Assembly: GCA_012295275.1 (NCBI GenBank)
Contig: CM022674.1
Coordinates: forward strand, 8,494,001 to 8,558,000
DNA: 64,000 bases
Direction: 5' to 3'
Source: Chrysomallon squamiferum
Lineage: Eukaryota; Animalia; Mollusca
Position numbers and translations under genes: made by a program. This document shows, in pieces, positions 61,211 through 64,000 of this stretch. Each line of letters begins with the position of its first letter. Position 1 is the first letter of the stretch. The notes under the pieces are model-generated. The model worked only from the letters and a program-made list of their open reading frames with translations, ran no database searches and had not been told where the DNA came from.

Positions 61211-61426
61211 AAATCCAAACTGCTCATGGTAAATGTGTACAAAATCACAACTGCTTGTTGTAAATGTGTACATAAATTACAAATGCTCATTGTAAATGTG
61301 CAAAATCACAACTACTCATTGTAAATGTGTACAAAAATCACAACTGTTTGTTGTAAATGTGTCCAGAAATCACAACTGCTATTGTAAATGTATATAAAAA
61401 TCACAATTGCTTATTGTAAATGTGGC
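61211..61426. repeat. Minisatellite, about 7 copies of a 29-32 bp unit (aaatcacaactgcttattgtaaatgtgtac)
   Basis: Read directly from the sequence. Confidence 0.92.
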
Positions 61427-63302
61427 TCAATTGTTGATTTTACACATTTTTTTACATGCATAAACAATACCGACATGATTTTTTAATAAGTCTCTGAAAC
61501 AAAGCTACAGGTAAAAGAAACAAAAATAACCTAGGAACAAACACTTTTTAAAAACGTATTGTGACAAACAGTTTAACTCATCCTTATTGACCGCTACCAT
61601 CACAGTAGTACAAACTCAGTTGTAGTGTGCGTACAGTTCAAATGGATGGATGGATAAGTTTAATCAATTAATTTTTCTTTTTTAAATTATTATTTATTAA
61701 TTAATTTATATATTTATTGATTTTTTAAAATTATTTTTTATTAATTAATTTATATATTTATTGGTTTTTTAAATTTGTTATATAGGTATAAAGGCATAAA
61801 TCTGAAAGTATACACTGAGTGGTCACATACAAATCTAGCTAAATCTGGTTTTTTTCTACGTTTGAAATAAGCGGGTGGTTTTTTTTTGTCCACTGTGGAT
61901 TTGTACATGTGTCTTTTATCCTGAATCCCGCCAAAAACATCCCTTGTATCCCAAACGATTCTAGATCTACTTCTGGAACCATGTGATATCTTAGCTGCCT
62001 GTGTCAATGTTGGAAAAATTAGTTGATTTGGTAACTTTGACGAGCGTATATATATATATTTTTTTTTAAGAACACAAAAAAAAGAAGAAAAAGAAACTAT
62101 CGTAACAAAATCCTGAGTAAAAAACTTTGTAACAAGGAGTAAACCTAAACTGCGGTGTATTGGTTGACCCCATTAATCCTGCAATCATTAATCTGGCTCC
62201 TTCACTAATCCGGCAAAATTTATCTAGCATAATTTCTCATTTTCCAGATCAGTGCCGTGCCAGGCTATTGTATTTGCTTATGTTTAACGAGCCGCACTTT
62301 TCTTTTCCTTTATAACGAAACTGTTTCATCGCGCGCATTATAAATAAATATATATGAATAACAAAATTGTACATTGCTGAATATTCAATACGGGCATTAT
62401 TAAGTATTATCATACTTGTTTAAACTTTTCCTTTATTGACAAATCATATAATTAGACTGGTAGTCGTGCGTAACTGAATTACAGTACTTTATTTATTTAT
62501 TTATTTATTTAATGAATCAGTCAGCTAATCTAATAGAAAGATTCTCAGCAGAAGACTTTATTTCAGCCAGTGTAAATTCCCGTTAATTAAGGATACAATT
62601 CAACCGGACACGTTTAATTAATTATTTGATTTTGAATAACTGGGGTCAATTCGACTTTCACGCTCAAGTTTTCTTTTATGTCTTTATATGGGCGATAACC
62701 CCGACTATATTCTAGTTGTAGCTATACATTATTATTGCCCTTTGAGTTCCAACCAAGTAGTATTTTATTTTGTTTAGAAAAAACTACTGTTATTAGTTGT
62801 AGAATTAATAATATTAGGTTGTCTTTCGGATTACCGTGAACACTTAGTCACATATTATGAACAACAACTATTATTATTATTGTACAAATAGCACTATTGT
62901 CTGCTACTACTACTACTACTGTACTGTCATTTATACCGCCAAGACCACAAGACCACTGTTATTTTTACAATTTAGAATAATTTTGTTTTTTCGAAATTAT
63001 TTCTTACGATCTGTGACACTACTATAACAACTAACATTATATCACTTCTACTATATTATCAAAAAGCAGTATGAATCAAACGAAATTGAGAGAGTAAAGA
63101 AAAGACGAGGTTGAGCCTGTAAATAAACACCGTTAAATTGTGAAGTTTACATTATTGCTAAAACAATTTTTAGCACTGAAATTTAATTCTAAAGATACCC
63201 CTAAACCATTGCATCATTAGAGAGATACTTGTTTTTACAGAACTTTTTTAAATTTCTTTTTATATTTTAAAATTACTTGTTTAAATTTTGTTCACTGTTT
63301 TT

Positions 63303-63307
63303 TTATT

Positions 63308-63371
<64 letters not shown>
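63303..63371. repeat. (TTTA)n/(TTA)n microsatellite
   Basis: Read directly from the sequence. Confidence 0.96.
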
Positions 63372-63372
<1 letters not shown>

Positions 63373-64000
63373 GAACTATAAATTGTTGTCAGTTAATATA
63401 AACAGAGTAGTTCACTATTAATAGCAGCGAAGCGCCACCTACGTCGTCCGAAATATTAAAAAAATTATATTGAATAAAATCACCTGTTCTGAAACAACGC
63501 CGCACGATTGTATAATTTCAACGACAGATGCCATTCATCGGCTTTTGAAGCTACTCGCATCTGCCAACGTGGGTAATTTTTTGCGCTGCTGGCGGCAGCA
63601 ACGGTAACATTTTACGATCTCGCCGAAGTTTCGTATCTGTTTATTTCGCTCCAAAGCACGTGGAAAATCTATCACCGCGTTACTTTTTTCGCTATATTGT
63701 ACGCCATTATACACACATAAAAAGGAACAGACATTAGCCAGCATCGAGCAGTTAAAACTGGAGATGTGAATTTTAGTATGTGGTCTCGATTTGTTTTAAC
63801 CTTTACTAATAAACTCCGTGCAGGGTCTAGCATTTTCGTCTTGAAATATCGAGAATCGGCAGACGATAATTTTTTTCGTAGATCAATTTTACACCCCATA
63901 AATATTTCAGCGTAGAATATAACTATTTATAGGATTGTCGTTGGTGCTTTAACTATTTTCTCCATAAAAAAGGCAAACAACCTAAAGCCTTCAAGAACAT

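Noticed and set aside
63420-63900. CpG-rich block with GCGCCACCTAC and two short ORFs
   Set aside because: Could be a promoter, repeat or partial CTCF-like motif. The ORFs show no protein features and the window ends before context is visible.

Overview
AT-rich, intron-dense eukaryotic DNA from an invertebrate metazoan (mollusc-like by protein style; taxon is my inference). Six recognisable spliced housekeeping genes are packed tightly: eIF5A (+), SLC25A35/34-like carrier (-), ALG3 (-), EXOC8 (+), eIF4G (-) and PQLC2/SLC66A1 (+). They are followed by an unannotated two-exon 88-aa gene (-) and a 327-aa orphan ORF (-). ALG3 has an AT-AC minor intron and PQLC2 a GT-AG minor intron. The most interesting locus is eIF4G, whose introns host five box C/D snoRNAs. 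Four are SNORD2/snR39B-type copies in one 6.4-kb intron, each with a second conserved rRNA-complementary element. The fifth is snR57-type and points at the 18S site equivalent to yeast Gm1572. The same introns carry candidate poison exons and several candidate 6-nt microexons, which suggests splicing may uncouple snoRNA output from eIF4G protein output (hypothesis). Several non-autonomous DNA transposons, microsatellites and a minisatellite are also present. All exon boundaries were read by hand and no database search was run.
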